A stretch of DNA of 63,899 bases, counting the filler, from Ministeria vibrans ATCC 50519 (taxonomy: Eukaryota; Protista; Filasterea): the NCBI GenBank assembly GCA_943704425.1. It is 4 parts of 4 records of this genome, joined end to end, with 100 filler letters (N's around TTAATTAATTAA, not from the genome) between each part and the next. Parts side by side here need not be neighbours in the genome. Positions count along the whole stretch, not along the records: positions 62,534 to 63,899 come from CALSCP010002831.1; 3 more parts are not named here. One strand, written 5' to 3'. Below, one piece after another: positions 62,587 to 63,899 of the stretch (position 1 is the stretch's first letter; each line of letters begins with the position of its first letter). Position numbers and translations under genes: made by a program. The notes beneath the pieces were generated by a model. It searched no databases. It was not told the DNA's origin and saw only the letters and a list, made by a program, of their open reading frames with translations.

Positions 62587-63899
62587 TTGGGAACTTCTCG
62601 ACAACAGTGAACACGTATGACCTAGTGGGGAACAGTGTGTCGTACGGCCAGGTGGACAGTCGGCTTTTTGTCAGCAATGAGCTCGCGTCGAGTTTCCTGA
62701 TCAGTGGCTCCCACTATTTCAACGACGAGTTTCCGTTGTTGGCCCTGTCCAATTGGGACGAGAATGACTTCAGTATGGTTGAAGTGCACGATGGGGTGCC
62801 AGTCACGATTGGACGGTTGCTCACGGTGAACTCAACGGCGGGCGAGATGCCGACGAGGATCAGGAGCCTGCTGCGCACCGACGGCTTTGTGTTTGTGATT
62901 GGGACGTACTTTGACGCAGTCGCAGCCACGACACGGCCTGTTGTGTTCAAGTATGTCCCGACAGAAATGAACAACACATGTGCGGACGGATGCGCGTTTG
63001 GGGGGCTGTGCATCGGCAATCATTTTGACAAGGCATGTGTGTGCCAGCCGGGCAATGCAGGCATCAGCTCGTGTGCTCCGTGTGCGGCAGGAACCTTTTC
63101 GAACGCGGTAGGACTGACGGTGTGCACGAACTGTCCATTCGACACATATCCAACCACCGTGGGTCAAACAACATGTACCGCTTGTGATTTGGGCACGCGC
63201 AACTTCAACCCGACGACGGCCAATTGCACCAACTGTCCGTTTCCGTGCGGCAACTGCACTGCGTTTGACGGTGGCTCGTGCTCATCTTGCATTCCTGGCT
63301 ATTCGAATCCGGCCAACTCGTGTTCCACTTCGGTGTGCAGCTCTTGGCCGTGCCAGAACTTTGGCGTATGTTCCGTTACTGAAGCTGGAGCCTGGACATG
63401 CAGCTGTCGAACCAACTACGACGGTGATGTGTGTGAGCTGTATGTGGGACCGGAGTGCGACTCGAATCCGTGCACCAACAGTGCCACATGCATACCGTCG
63501 GAAGGCCTGTTCCAGTGTGTCTGTCCGGAAGGATTCACGGGCGATCACTGTGAGACGGACATTGACGAGTGCTATGAGAACCCATGCCTCAATGGCGGCA
63601 GCTGCGTTGATGGGATTGCAGCTTTCACGTGTGTGTGCGCAACCCCTTTCACTGGCGAGTTCTGTGAGACGGAAATTCCTGTTGACGAGTGCAGTTCGAG
63701 CCCGTGTCTGAACGGCGGCGTATGCAACGATGGGACGGAGAGCTTTGTGTGCGTGTGTCCGACCGGCATCATAGGCATTTTTTGCGAGACCAACATTGAC
63801 GAGTGTGCCTCCTTTCCGTGCCAAAATGGCGCTACCTGCGTCGATGCAGTCGATGGTTTTGCCTGCTCCTGTGTTTCTGGCTACAACGGCACACTGTGC
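62587..63899 (+). CDS. Cys-rich extracellular protein with GCC2/GCC3-like repeats and tandem Notch-type EGF repeats (partial at both ends)
   Basis: Open frame after TTGTAG acceptor: CAPCAAGTFS..CTNCPFDTY; DIDECYENPCLNGGSCVDGIAAFTCVC, VDECSSSPCLNGGVC, NIDECASFPCQNGATCVD. Confidence 0.85.

Overview
Gene-dense, intron-rich eukaryotic genomic DNA made of four contigs joined by artificial 100-bp N44-TTAATTAATTAA-N44 spacers. Introns are short, GT-AG and often filled with microsatellites, so the six-frame ORF track misses or fragments most genes; I spliced them by eye, and all family calls come from remembered family sequences, not searches. About 29 protein-coding genes are supportable, including VPS41, SNAP-25-like, CCDC25, SLC18B1-like, MRPL57, class II PRPP synthetase, a two-BIR survivin-like protein, SELENOF, B4GALT7, a KLHDC-like kelch protein, ARL15, SLC35F, a Rho GTPase, VIRMA, HROB and EGF-repeat surface proteins. 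The animal-like gene set in a compact protist-style genome suggests a unicellular holozoan (inference). Highlights: (1) a PCGF/BMI1-type RING-RAWUL Polycomb protein fused to three copies of an unfamiliar paired zinc-finger module that recurs twice in the next gene; (2) a spliced caveolin homolog; (3) an SMCHD1/GMI1-like protein; (4) a selenoprotein with an in-frame UGA and a well-formed GUGA-type SECIS; (5) a membrane protein with a toxin-like HNH-type domain. I saw no tRNA, rRNA, CRISPR array or transposase.
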